Positions 10,220-20,160 of a DNA stretch of 64,000 bases are shown here, one piece after another. Made by a program: the position numbers and the translations under genes. Position 1 is the first letter of the stretch, and every line of letters begins with the position of its first letter. A model generated the notes under the pieces. The model was not told where the DNA came from. It was given only the letters and a program-made list of their open reading frames with translations, and searched no databases. This DNA comes from Candidatus Latescibacterota bacterium (GTDB lineage Bacteria; Latescibacterota; UBA2968; UBA8231), in contig CBDETK010000013.1 in assembly GCA_965242865.1 (NCBI GenBank), positions 2,432,001 through 2,496,000 on the forward strand, written 5' to 3'.

Positions 10220-11185
10220 TTGGCTTTTATGATAACTCAATTGACGCGCCTCGTAGTCCCGCTGGTGCTATGCACCCTGTTGGCCCCGTCCGCAGACGCA
10301 CAGGATGAAGCAGGCTTTAAGGGGAGCCCAACAGATTTTCTCCCGTTGCAGGTCGGTAATCAGTGGACTTATACGCACAGTTATTATAACGACGTTTACG
10401 GCAATTACGAGACCTTTTACGGCGACGTATATGACTTGGAGTACTTTGATCCCTTGTTTCTGCTAGCTCATCGGCTGATGATGGAGATACCTGGGTATCC
10501 TCTATCTCCCGGCTTGGCTGATTTCGTATGGCCGCCTGACGACCTCAGATTCCCTGTCAGAAGAGAGCTAACCATTGAAATTACCCATACCGAGACGATT
10601 GAAGGCCATGAATACTTTGTCTTTAGCGAGCCATACGATTGGCCGCCCGTACCCACTCTCTGCTTGGCCGGCCAAAAGGTGCGCTTCTCCGATGCGGGTG
10701 TTCTACTTATACGCCAGCAGGAGCAAGACATCGCCCTATATGATTTTGCTTCGCCTTATGAATATGACTCTGCTCAAATTCATAGCGACAAGGAGTATAC
10801 CACGCTAGCCTATCCTGTGCTATACGACGCACACGACCCGGTCCGACTACCACTTTTAGTTCGTCGTTTCTTCTGGGACGCAAGATTGAGAAGCCGTTGG
10901 CATTTATTTTATCCCCCTCCATTAAGCTTTGGTCCGGCATTCGTCACTCGTTTTGTTGTTAACCCTAGATTGGGTGACGTTTATTTTCTAGCAAACTATG
11001 GGTTCGCCCGATACGAAGTATGGGAACCAGGGTGGGATTTGCTTCGAGTCTTTGAGAATTCTCTTGCGCCGGTTTCGGCGGTTATTGGCGGCAAAGAGAT
11101 CGCCTATCCCTATGTTTTTGTTGGGACCAGTGTCCAGCCTACCTCTTGGGGCCAACTCAAAGCGCGTCACGGGCAGGAGCCATAG
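10220..11185 (+). CDS. Secreted hypothetical protein, 'PLxVGNxWxY' family (possibly DUF3108-like), SWG tail
   Basis: Signal peptide; DFLPLQVGNQWTY; IEITHTETIEGHEYFVFS; ends GTSVQPTSWGQLKARHGQEP. An alternative ATG lies at 10229. Confidence 0.75.
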   Translation: MAFMITQLTRLVVPLVLCTLLAPSADAQDEAGFKGSPTDFLPLQVGNQWTYTHSYYNDVYGNYETFYGDVYDLEYFDPLFLLAHRLMMEIPGYPLSPGLADFVWPPDDLRFPVRRELTIEITHTETIEGHEYFVFSEPYDWPPVPTLCLAGQKVRFSDAGVLLIRQQEQDIALYDFASPYEYDSAQIHSDKEYTTLAYPVLYDAHDPVRLPLLVRRFFWDARLRSRWHLFYPPPLSFGPAFVTRFVVNPRLGDVYFLANYGFARYEVWEPGWDLLRVFENSLAPVSAVIGGKEIAYPYVFVGTSVQPTSWGQLKARHGQEP

Positions 11186-11197
11186 GGCCGCTCTCAT

Positions 11198-14100
11198 TAA
11201 CCTGCCCGTCGCCCGCCGTCGCCGTAAATGTCCGCGGCGCCCACGGCGGCCCCACCACCGCCGATGTCTTGGGGCTTTGCGCCTGCTGCCGACCATAATC
11301 ATCCGTGATAGGACACCCGCGCCCGGATATGCACCCCCAAATGCACTGTGCTCACCCGCAACGGCTCCGACTGCACTGCGCTGGGCGGCGGATCGGCCCC
11401 ATTGGCCCCCGACACCCCCGCCGGCAGGAAAAACGCCCAAGTAAACCCCACATCCGTCGGGTTATCCGGGTCGGTCAACGTCGCCGTCAGGTCGTCGCCG
11501 ACCCGCGGCGTGGTCGTCGAGAGCGCCACACGCCCTTTGGTGTCCACCGGCAATGTCACCGTATCCGTCCGCGTCGTCGCCGACCATCCCCCGCCGTTGC
11601 GTGCCCGCACTTCAAACCGATAAGACCCCCCATCCACCAGCGGATGCCGCACTATAAACGACCGCGTCGTCGCCGCCGTGCCCATGGACAGCCACCCTCC
11701 CCACGCGGTGATCGGCTCCAAAATCTGGCCCCGCTTATACTGCCACTCGCGGATGCTGGTGTGCGTCGGCCCCGTCCACCGAAGCGTCGCCTGTCGGATG
11801 CCCGGCGTGGCGGTCAAGCCCGTGGGCGCACCCGGCGGCGGTTGCACTCCCGCCACCCCCGGCAGCGTATCCGACCAAGCACTCACCGTCTCGCCCACCC
11901 GCGCCCGCACTCGGTAGCGATAGCGGCGGTCGGCATCCACCCCTCGATGCACATAGGGCTGTGCGCCGTTGGCTTGCTGGGTCGTCCACGCCGAAGGCCA
12001 CGACCCGCCGTCAAACGGCTTGCTCTGCCCCTCCACCTCATAGCCGGTCGCCGACGCCACCGCCGACCAAGCAACCTTCAGTGCCGGACCCGCCTGCACT
12101 GAAACCGAACCGCCCGTGGGCCGAGCCAACCACGGCGTGACCGTATTGCTCACCGCCGAAGGCCGCCCACCGCCGGCCCCATTGACCGCCCGCACTTGAA
12201 ACCGATACTCGCGCCCCGGCGTCAAGCCCTCTACCGTAGCCACCCACTCCGTCGAGGCACTACCGCTGACCGTCGCGTCCTGCCAGTCCCCGTCCGTATC
12301 GGCCCCCTCCGCCGTCACATCCCGATACCGCCACTGGGTAATACTGGCGTGATCCGGACCCGTCCACCGAAGCGTCACCTGACCAGCCCCCGCCGCCGCC
12401 CGAAACCCCGTCGGAGCATCAACGCCGGGCTGGACCCCGGCCGCATCCGGCAGCGGGTCCGACCACTCACTCACCGCCGCATCTGTCCGCGAGCGCACCT
12501 GATACCGATACAGGCTATCCGGCGACACCCCCCGGTGGGCATACCGCAGAGCGGTGATGTTGGTCGCCAATGACGACCAAGCCGCCGGCCAAGGGCCCCT
12601 ATCAAAGGGTTTGCCCTGCCCCTGCACATCGTAGCTCGTCGCCGACGCCACCGCCGGCCACTCTACCCGAATACGGCCCCACCCAGCCGTCACCGACGCG
12701 GCCGGAGGGCCGAACACCGCCGCACTCGCCGCACTCGCGGCCGTCCGTTCCGCGTTGGGATCGTGCCCATCGCGGTAGCGCACCGTCGCCTGCAACTGCC
12801 ACCCCACATCGCCCGACACCGGCGTGTAGCTCGATAGCTCAGGATACGCCGAGGCCGCACCCGACACCGCCGATGAAGCCCCCGACACCCCGGCCCCAAT
12901 CTCTTCCCATGCTCCCGTCGCGCCCACCGACGCTGCCACTGCCAAGACGCCCCCGTAATCTGCCCATCTGGGTCGGTCAACCCCGCCACCACCGCCGTGC
13001 CCACTTCCGGCGGCAACCCCCCCGTCAGCACCACCGACCCATCCTCGTTCTGATTGACGACCGACACCGACACCCGCAGGCTGTCCGACAGCACCGCATC
13101 GGAGACCTTTACCCACACGTCGTAGCGCGCTTGGGTTTCGTAATCGGCCGCATTCGCCAAATGGAGCTCCCGCGATGGCGACGCCCCCGGCGACGCCGGC
13201 TCCTTCAATTCATCAAACGCACTGGCATCCGTGCCCGTTATACTCCACGTCAACTCGTCGCCGTCCGGGTCGCGGCCGATATAGGTGCCCAACAACCACG
13301 GTGAGGAACTGTTTTCGGCTATGTCCACCGACGCCGGACCCGACACCGAAGGGGCGCGGTTGGAGGCCGGGTGCACCGGCGAAGTCAAAGCACTCGTCGC
13401 CGACGCCGCGCCAAAAGAGTCCGTGTAGTCGGCTTGGATACGCAGGGGCTGCCCCACGCGGCTGTTGGGGATAGTCAGCGTCCATGTCTGCGTCGCCTCC
13501 GACGCCTGCCCGGTTACGCCGCCGCCGTCCGAGGTGCTCTCATAGTGGGGTGTCCAATACACCGGCTCTTCAATCCCATCTTCGTCCGACAGCGTTGCCG
13601 TGAGGGATTCCTCCGCTCGCGGCGCGGTCGTCGAAAGACGAATGACACCGGCATCGTTGGCATCGGTCACCGACACGGTAACCGGCACGGATACGTCGCC
13701 GATGGACACCGACACCGCGTAAGTGTTGTTCTTGCCAGCGTCGGCAGGCTGCTCAAAGTTGGGAGGCTGCTTGAACTCAAGCGTCCGAGACGTGCCCGTC
13801 CCTTGTAACTCCGCAAACGCACTCGTATCCGTCCCCGCCAACTTCCACGACAACGCCGAATCACACCCAGGGCTAGCCGTGTACGTGCCTACCGCCCCAG
13901 TGGCGTTTTCCGCAAATGTCGGAGCCATCTCCCCCGTCAGTTGACAGGGAACCTGCGGTGTCGCCTCTCGCTCGGCTCGAAACCCGTTCCCATCATTGTT
14001 ATCTCTGTTCTGAGCCAGCACCCGAAATACATATCGCGTCCCGTTGGTCAACCCCTCAATCGTCGTGTCCCGCGCCGACGCACCCCCCGGCACCGCCGAA

Positions 14101-16793
14101 AAACCCGTCGACGCATCGCGATCCGCACTCGGAAAATACACCACCTTATACCGCCGGATCGGCAACCCCCCATCCGACGCCGGCGGCTGCCAACGCAAGA
14201 CCACCTGACCATCGCCAGCCACCGCCTCAAACTCCCGCGGCGCACTCGGCCGACCGACCACCGACGCACTCGTGGCCCCCGACGCACTTTTGTTGGAGCC
14301 ATGACGGTCGGTGTAATGCGCCGTCGCCCGTAGCTGATACCCTATATCATCCCGCTGTGGCTTGTAGGACTCAGCATGTGCCAACGCAATCTCCGTCCAC
14401 GTATCCGTCGTACTCGACCCCCGTTCCCACCACCAAACCGGAACCCCCACCACGCCATCCGGATCGGTCAAGGTCGCCACCACCACCTGCCCCACTTCCG
14501 GCCTCCCCCCCGTCAGCGAAACCGACCCTTCCTCCTCCGCATTCACCACCGTCACCGACACCGCTTGTGTGACCGTGACTTGGCCAGCGCGGGCTTGGAT
14601 GGTCACCGAGTAGGTCGCGTTCTGCAAGGTTTCAAAATCGGGCGGCTGCCGAAAGTGAAGCTCCCGCGTCGTCCCAGTGCCCTGTAACTCAAAGGCATTC
14701 CGAGTGTCGTTCTCCAGCGTCCAATTCGGGGTATTGCCCAAGCCGGTCACCGTATAGGTGGCCACCTCTGTATCGTCCTGATCGGGCGTCACGTCCTCGA
14801 CAAAATCCACCGCGCTGGGACCTAACGCTTGGGGCGTGGCCGTCAGGGTGGCTGAATTTCTCCCCAACCCGTTGACCGCCGCGACTTCAAACGTGTACGC
14901 CGTGTTGTTGATCAAATCTCCGGCTTCGATGGTCGCTACGATCCGTCCATTCTCAGTGGCGGTTGTCATGCTCCACCCGCTCCAAAGCATCGTATCAGGA
15001 CGATATCGGTATCGGTAGGAGACGGTCGGGTCGTTCGAAGCAGCCCACCGTAGCGTCACTTGGCCCGCTTGGACTTCAGCAGTCAAATTGTCCGGAGCTG
15101 CCGGCAGCGTAAGGGCTACGTCCACAAGGATGTTGTCGCCAGCAGCGTCATACCGAATGTCAGTCAGGGCTAAGTTCACATCACCAGGATCCCGATTCAT
15201 CCATCCACCTGTGGTCGCTTGGCGCAAGCCGGCCCCAGCGGTCAGGCTATTGACCGCCGACACGTTAGCTTGGTCGAAGTTAGTATCGTCTCCGGGATCG
15301 TCTCTGGGATCGGATATCCTACCGGCCGCAAACGGATCGGAGAGCATGTCGTAGTATTCGGGGATGTTGGGGCTCGCATCCTGATCCCGGGCGTCGCGGT
15401 AGCGTCGCTCATCGGCGACGATGAGCAGAGGACGCTCGACTCTGAAGCGCCGACGCCAGACCATCAGGCCCTGATCGGCGGCATTGGGGGCGGCATAGTC
15501 ATAGAAGGAGACATAGCGCCCGCCAAACGGCTGTGTGGTACGGCGATTAAGCAGAAATTCGACAACCCCCCGGTCAATCAAATGCGTCGTCCCCGGAGCG
15601 ATGGCGTAATCGTTCTGAGCGTTCAGGATCTCTGTCGGCGTCAGCCAACCCAAGTCGCGTAGATAGAAGGGGTTGATTGGATTGGGACAGGAGCGGTAGG
15701 CTATGTAGTATGCGTTGTTGTGCGTGACCGGCCCTTGATCACCGCCGCCCTGCATCAGGGTCCACCCTAGCTGGTTGGCAGCCCTGTCCACCATATTCGG
15801 TGGATTATTTCTTCGTGTGTTTCCGTACCTGTTATTCGAGTCCGCCCAATCCCCCTCGCCATGATTCAGGCCGAGCAAATGGCCGATTTCATGGGCGTGC
15901 GCACCAATGCCAGCGAACTCGTCGACGTCAGGAGTAGTGTTGCCGAACCCCTGACGCTCCCCCATCACATAGCGGTAGCCGACCTGCATGGCTTGAGTAG
16001 GATTTTCCCGAGTAGTCTCATCCGCTTGGGGATGCAGTTGGCTGGGCTGGTTGCCACGCGTTACTAAGTCGACATCGCGATTGTTAAAGACGACCCCGGA
16101 ATACAAAAAAAGGAGCTTTCGGCGCAAGAGGCGGGTAAAGGGGTAGTCGGTGGAAGTGTGATGGGGGAGGCTGATACCCGTGTTCCAAGCGGCGGCGGGC
16201 AACGACAACGAGTCCAACGTCGCTTGGTACGCGGCATCCCAGAACTCATCCATAGTGGTACTCTCGGCATAGTGTTCCTTGGTATTCGGCAACTCAATCC
16301 AGCGGGGAAAGTCGTCCGTACCTGTCTCTGTCGTGGCAGGATTGACCATGCGCACGTGTAGGTTGAACACGCCGTTGGACACCGAATCGAAGTACGCCCG
16401 CACACTGCCGAATACCTGGGGCAGTCGATAGTTGTTTGCTACCCTGACGTTTGGCCCGACAAAGGGCGTGGGATGCCCGCCTTCAGCAGCCGAGTAGCCA
16501 CCCGCCAGCATCCGCAGGAAATCGCGCCGGCGATACGAAGCGGCGGTCAGCCCCCCGTCTTCTTCGCCGAAGGGCCGGTCGTAATTGTGATATTGATAGC
16601 CAAATCTTGAGGTTGAGGCCCCGGCGTTTTGAAAGGTGACCAGCACCACATCCAGCGTACACGCCGCAGCCCGTGCGGCCAAGATGGGGTTATTCGCATG
16701 CGGCCATGTCGAAAGCGAACCGCGGGCGAATCCGGCCGAGGCACAAACCAGCAATCCGAAGCAAAGCACACACAATACACGAAGCGGATTCAT
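11198..16793 (-). pseudogene. Third M6-like metalloprotease with FN3/cadherin/Ig stalk; frameshifted (~12926 and ~11308) and 3'-truncated
   Basis: Start ATG 16793 (MNPLRVLC) overlaps the upstream stop; VFGSVRAYFDSVS, HEIGHLLGLNH, WTLMQGG. ORFs 12690..16832 and 11299..13116 join by a 1-base deletion (cccaaccga in the paralog vs cccaccga here). A second shift at 'tat c acg gat gat' restores ...YTDDYG..VVGPPWAPRTFTATAGDGQV, which breaks off at ~11198. The frameshifts could be assembly errors. Confidence 0.8.
11726..14356. repeat. Copy 2 of the stalk repeat; its segment 12311..12728 instead matches 281..698 of the first protease
   Basis: Direct sequence comparison; offset of 12030 bp to the 281..698 block. 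Confidence 0.9.
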
Positions 16794-17692
16794 TCGCGAC
16801 CCTCCTGCTTGATAAGCCCCCAAGAAAACCACTCAATGCTACTTGCGTCCGACGACGAAGCCTGACCCGCCGCCGCCTGGGCTTCCCGAACCGTCACGGT
16901 ACGCCCATCGAGCACCGCGTGTTTCGCTTTTTGTATGTTTTTGAATAGCGGAGCATCGTCGTCGTAGAGTGCCATCTGACATTGTTGGACACCGAAACCC
17001 TTTAGGAAGATGAGAGCTGCCCCCAACCCGACCGTTACCCCCGACTCACCTGTCACCCCCGACTCGCTTCCCAACAATTCGTACCAATTAGAGGGACCAG
17101 CGGCCTCTGCGCCGCCACTAAAGCCGAAATAATTGTCGTGGGTGTGCTCGGAGCGGTTTTCCCGTGCGGTGACGCGGAGGGTTCCCTCTGGGGTGGGGAC
17201 GGTATAGCTAACTTCGCCGCTGGCGCCGCTGGCTCCGCTGGCTCCACTGGCGCCGCCAAAGCGGAACAGGGCTTGCTCGCCATCGGCGGTACGCTCCATC
17301 AGTTGGTCGCCTACCCACCGTAGCTTCTTACCTGCTATGAACTGCGGCGGCACCGGCGGCCAATACTCCGGCATATCGCTGATGACGAAGTAGGTATGGC
17401 CATCGATAACCTCGGTGCGCAACACCGAAAGAGTGAATTCGGGTATGCCGTATGGAGCCGTGTAGTTGGTCCATTGGCTATACACATCGTCGTTTTCGTC
17501 GTCGCTTTCGTAGTAGTTATGGCTATACATCCACGAATTGCCCACGGCCAGCGGCAACCAGTCGCTGGCGTCAGCGATGGCAGACCCGTTGCCCAACAGG
17601 CCGACCAAGACCGCCGCCAGAAGGTGCTTTACTGGCCTCAAAGGCCGCGACAGAATGGGAGACGAGAGCGTCAAAAGCATACTGTTTTGCAT
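16790..17692 (-). CDS. Secreted hypothetical protein, 'PLxVGNxWxY' family, SWG tail
   Basis: DWLPLAVGNSWMY; TEVIDGHTYFVIS; PPVPPQFIAGKKLR; GASGASGASGASG; ends SSIEWFSWGLIKQEGRE; its stop overlaps the protease ATG (ATGA). Confidence 0.75.
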   Translation of the reverse strand: MQNSMLLTLSSPILSRPLRPVKHLLAAVLVGLLGNGSAIADASDWLPLAVGNSWMYSHNYYESDDENDDVYSQWTNYTAPYGIPEFTLSVLRTEVIDGHTYFVISDMPEYWPPVPPQFIAGKKLRWVGDQLMERTADGEQALFRFGGASGASGASGASGEVSYTVPTPEGTLRVTARENRSEHTHDNYFGFSGGAEAAGPSNWYELLGSESGVTGESGVTVGLGAALIFLKGFGVQQCQMALYDDDAPLFKNIQKAKHAVLDGRTVTVREAQAAAGQASSSDASSIEWFSWGLIKQEGRE

Positions 17693-17785
17693 GATGATTC
17701 CTCCTTAGATAGGATGCCGAGAAGCTAAGTGTTCAGACGGTAAAACATTGAGTTTGTATTCCTCTGGAATTTTCGCCGTAGGGCC
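17693..17785. repeat. ~90 bp direct repeat (leader/RBS of the minus-strand small genes); second copy at ~18699..18792
   Basis: gatgattcctccttaga..aggatgccgaga.gctaagtgttcagacggtaaaacattgagtttgtattcctctggaattttcgccgtagggccg occurs twice. Confidence 0.9.
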
Positions 17786-17850
17786 GATCCTGCGGAGGCA
17801 CAAACCAGCAAGCCGAAGCAAAGCGCATACAAGATATGGAGCCGATTCAT
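17725..17850 (-). pseudogene. Signal-peptide stub of an M6 protease (copy of the 16793 start)
   Basis: MNRLHILYALCFGLLVCASAG vs MNPLRVLCVLCFGLLVCASAG; same ATGA overlap with the upstream gene; then runs into the 90 bp repeat and stops. Confidence 0.75.
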
Positions 17851-18698
17851 GGGCTGCCCTCCTGTTTGACGGCTCCCCAAGAAAACCACTCAATGCTACT
17901 TGCGTCCGACGATGAAGCCCGACCAGCGGCCTCTTCCCGGGCTTCCCGAATCGGCACGGTACGTCCATTGATCACGGCCTGTTTGGCGGTTAGGATGTTT
18001 TTGAAGTCATAGACATCGGAATGACCGCGAAGAAAGGAACAATATTCTATGCCGAAGCCCTGTATGAAGGTGGCCCCCCCTACTTCGTAAGAATGAACCA
18101 ACGGCGGACCATAATACTCCGAGTCGCTCGCACCCCCTACGCCCTCTTCGTCATCAAAATCAAAGCGGAACAGTCCTCCCCATCGGGTGACTTGGGTAGC
18201 TCCCTCTTGGATGGCGACGGCATAGTTAGTTTCTCCGCTGGCACCGCTAGTTCCACTAGTGCCGCCAAAGCGAAACAGCGACCGCTCGCCATCGGCGGTG
18301 CGCTCCATCAGTTGATTGCCCACCCACCGCAGCTTCTTACCCGCGATGAAATACGATGGCGGCGGAGGCCAGAAGTCGGGCATGTCGCTGATAACAAAGT
18401 AGGTATGGCCGTCAATGACCTCGGTGTGCAATACGGAAATGCTGAACTGCGGAGTGCCGAGGGTGTCGAATTGAGCCGTGTAGTTAGTCCATTGGCTCCG
18501 GTCCTTTTCGTATTCGCGATATCGATGTGCATACATCCACGAATTGCCCACGGCCAGCGGCAACCAGTCGCTGGCGTCCGCAACAGCCGACCCGCTGTCC
18601 AACAGACCAACCAAGACCGCCGCCAGAAGGCACTTCACAAGCCCCAAAGGCCGCGACAGAACGGGAGACGAGGGCGTCAAAAGCATACTGTTTCGCAT
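17847..18698 (-). CDS. Tandem paralog of 16790..17692, SWG tail
   Basis: Near-identical N-terminus and tail (SSIEWFSWGAVKQEGSP) with a divergent middle. Confidence 0.75.
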   Translation of the reverse strand: MRNSMLLTPSSPVLSRPLGLVKCLLAAVLVGLLDSGSAVADASDWLPLAVGNSWMYAHRYREYEKDRSQWTNYTAQFDTLGTPQFSISVLHTEVIDGHTYFVISDMPDFWPPPPSYFIAGKKLRWVGNQLMERTADGERSLFRFGGTSGTSGASGETNYAVAIQEGATQVTRWGGLFRFDFDDEEGVGGASDSEYYGPPLVHSYEVGGATFIQGFGIEYCSFLRGHSDVYDFKNILTAKQAVINGRTVPIREAREEAAGRASSSDASSIEWFSWGAVKQEGSP

Positions 18699-18779
18699 GA
18701 TGATTCCTCCTTAGAGTAGGATGCCGAGAGGCTAAGTGTTCAGACGGTAAAACATTGAGTTTGTATTCCTCTGGAATTT

Positions 18780-19022
18780 TCGCCGTAGGGCCGGTCGTAA
18801 TCGTGATAGTCATAGCCAAACTTCGCCCCCGTCAATACTCGGCAGCACCACGGTATCGTCAGAGAATGAACTGCTGGGGAAACTTCATGGTGAACACGCT
18901 GTTGGGATTGACCGGAACGGGCCTGATACCTCGTCCCCGCCGGGTTCATACCCGCATACAAAGTCTTGGCCGTGTGCGCTTGCCGTGAACAGGATAAGCA
19001 GCATGAATATGCGAAAAAGCAT
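18780..19022 (-). pseudogene. Degraded M6 protease N-terminal remnant
   Basis: ATG 19022 gives MLFRIFMLLILFTASAHGQDFVCGYEPGGDEVSG (cf. 10114 MLFRVFMLLSLYVASAYSQDFVCGYDGGGDEVTG). Another frame gives KFGYDYHDYDRPYGE (cf. RFGYQYHNYDRPFGE in the third protease). Confidence 0.75.
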
Positions 19023-19156
19023 AATACCCTCCCTAAAGAGCTTGCGTGCCGATGTCCTTGCCAATATCATACATAAGAGAAAGGCCGCCGGTCAATAGAT
19101 TTTTCCCTTCTGTTCCTCACTTCATCACTTCACTACAAAAGGATGTTGGCCTTATA

Positions 19157-20113
19157 GTGACTCAACTCCTCGTAGTCCCACTGGTGCTATGCACTCTGTT
19201 AGCCCCGTCCGCATTCGCACAGGATGAAGCAGGCTTTGAGGGGAGCCCAACGGATTTTCTTCCGTTGCAGGTCGGCAATCAGTGGACCTATGAGCACAAT
19301 TATTGGAACCACTACTACTCCTTGGGTAGACACCACGAATATTTAGCAAGTCCACCCCTCAGGCGGGTGCTCCTACGGTCGATATTGGACATACCCGGGT
19401 ATCCCTCCTTCTACGAATCTTTCGGCACGGATGAGGCTTGGAGAAATCGGCAAAATCCGCCTGATAACTTAACCTCTATTACTAGAAGGTTCACCATTGA
19501 GATTACCCATACCGAGAAAATTGGGAGCAACGAGTACTTTGTCTTTAGTCACGTAGGGTACGATTGGCCGCCAGTACCTAATTTTTTCTTGGCCGGCAAA
19601 AAGGTGCGCTTCTCAAGGCACAGTGACGAATTTAACACGCTAGCGTTTGGAGAGGATGAGGGAACGGGTCGCCCAGATTTATATCGATTTCACCCGTACG
19701 ATATTCTTCCTTACTCCGTTCCAGACCAGCCCCTGCTGCTAGATAAAAATCTTCGGGGCACACTTTTCGTCGGGCGCACACTTTCGTATGCCAATGATAA
19801 CGTATTTATAGAAGTTAAGCCTCTTACTCACTGGGATCAGGAAATTGTGGCTTCTTTTGCCATAAGTAGCGAGGACACCTTTTTGGGTGAAGTTCTGTTT
19901 GTAACAGGATATGGGCTCGCCATGTACGACCTATCTTGGTGGGATTATGGTGAAGCACCACTCACTTACTTTCACCTTTCCATTATCCCGGTTTCCGCGG
20001 TTATCGGTGGCAAAGAGATCGAATTTCCGTATGTCGCCCCTGCATTATGGACTCATGTTCAACCTACCACCTCTTGGGGCCAACTCAAAGCGCGTCACGG
20101 GCAGGAGCCATAG
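19157..20113 (+). CDS. Paralog of 10220..11185 ('PLxVGNxWxY' family), SWG tail
   Basis: Probable GTG start at 19157 by alignment with the paralog; DFLPLQVGNQWTY; ends THVQPTTSWGQLKARHGQEP; upstream divergent intergenic region homologous to 10115..10219. Confidence 0.75.
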   Translation: MTQLLVVPLVLCTLLAPSAFAQDEAGFEGSPTDFLPLQVGNQWTYEHNYWNHYYSLGRHHEYLASPPLRRVLLRSILDIPGYPSFYESFGTDEAWRNRQNPPDNLTSITRRFTIEITHTEKIGSNEYFVFSHVGYDWPPVPNFFLAGKKVRFSRHSDEFNTLAFGEDEGTGRPDLYRFHPYDILPYSVPDQPLLLDKNLRGTLFVGRTLSYANDNVFIEVKPLTHWDQEIVASFAISSEDTFLGEVLFVTGYGLAMYDLSWWDYGEAPLTYFHLSIIPVSAVIGGKEIEFPYVAPALWTHVQPTTSWGQLKARHGQEP

Positions 20114-20160
20114 AGCCGCCGCGCTCATTATGGTGTTCCGATTCGGTGCCGCGGACGCTC

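Noticed and set aside
319-16948. Numerous Arg/Pro-rich plus-strand ORFs over the protease genes
   Set aside because: Antisense shadows of GC-rich coding sequence; they repeat only because the underlying stalk DNA repeats.
1-20113. CRISPR array or diversity-generating retroelement as the explanation for the repeats
   Set aside because: The repeats are long and protein-coding, with no regular repeat-spacer period, no cas or reverse transcriptase gene in the window, and no evident adenine-restricted differences.
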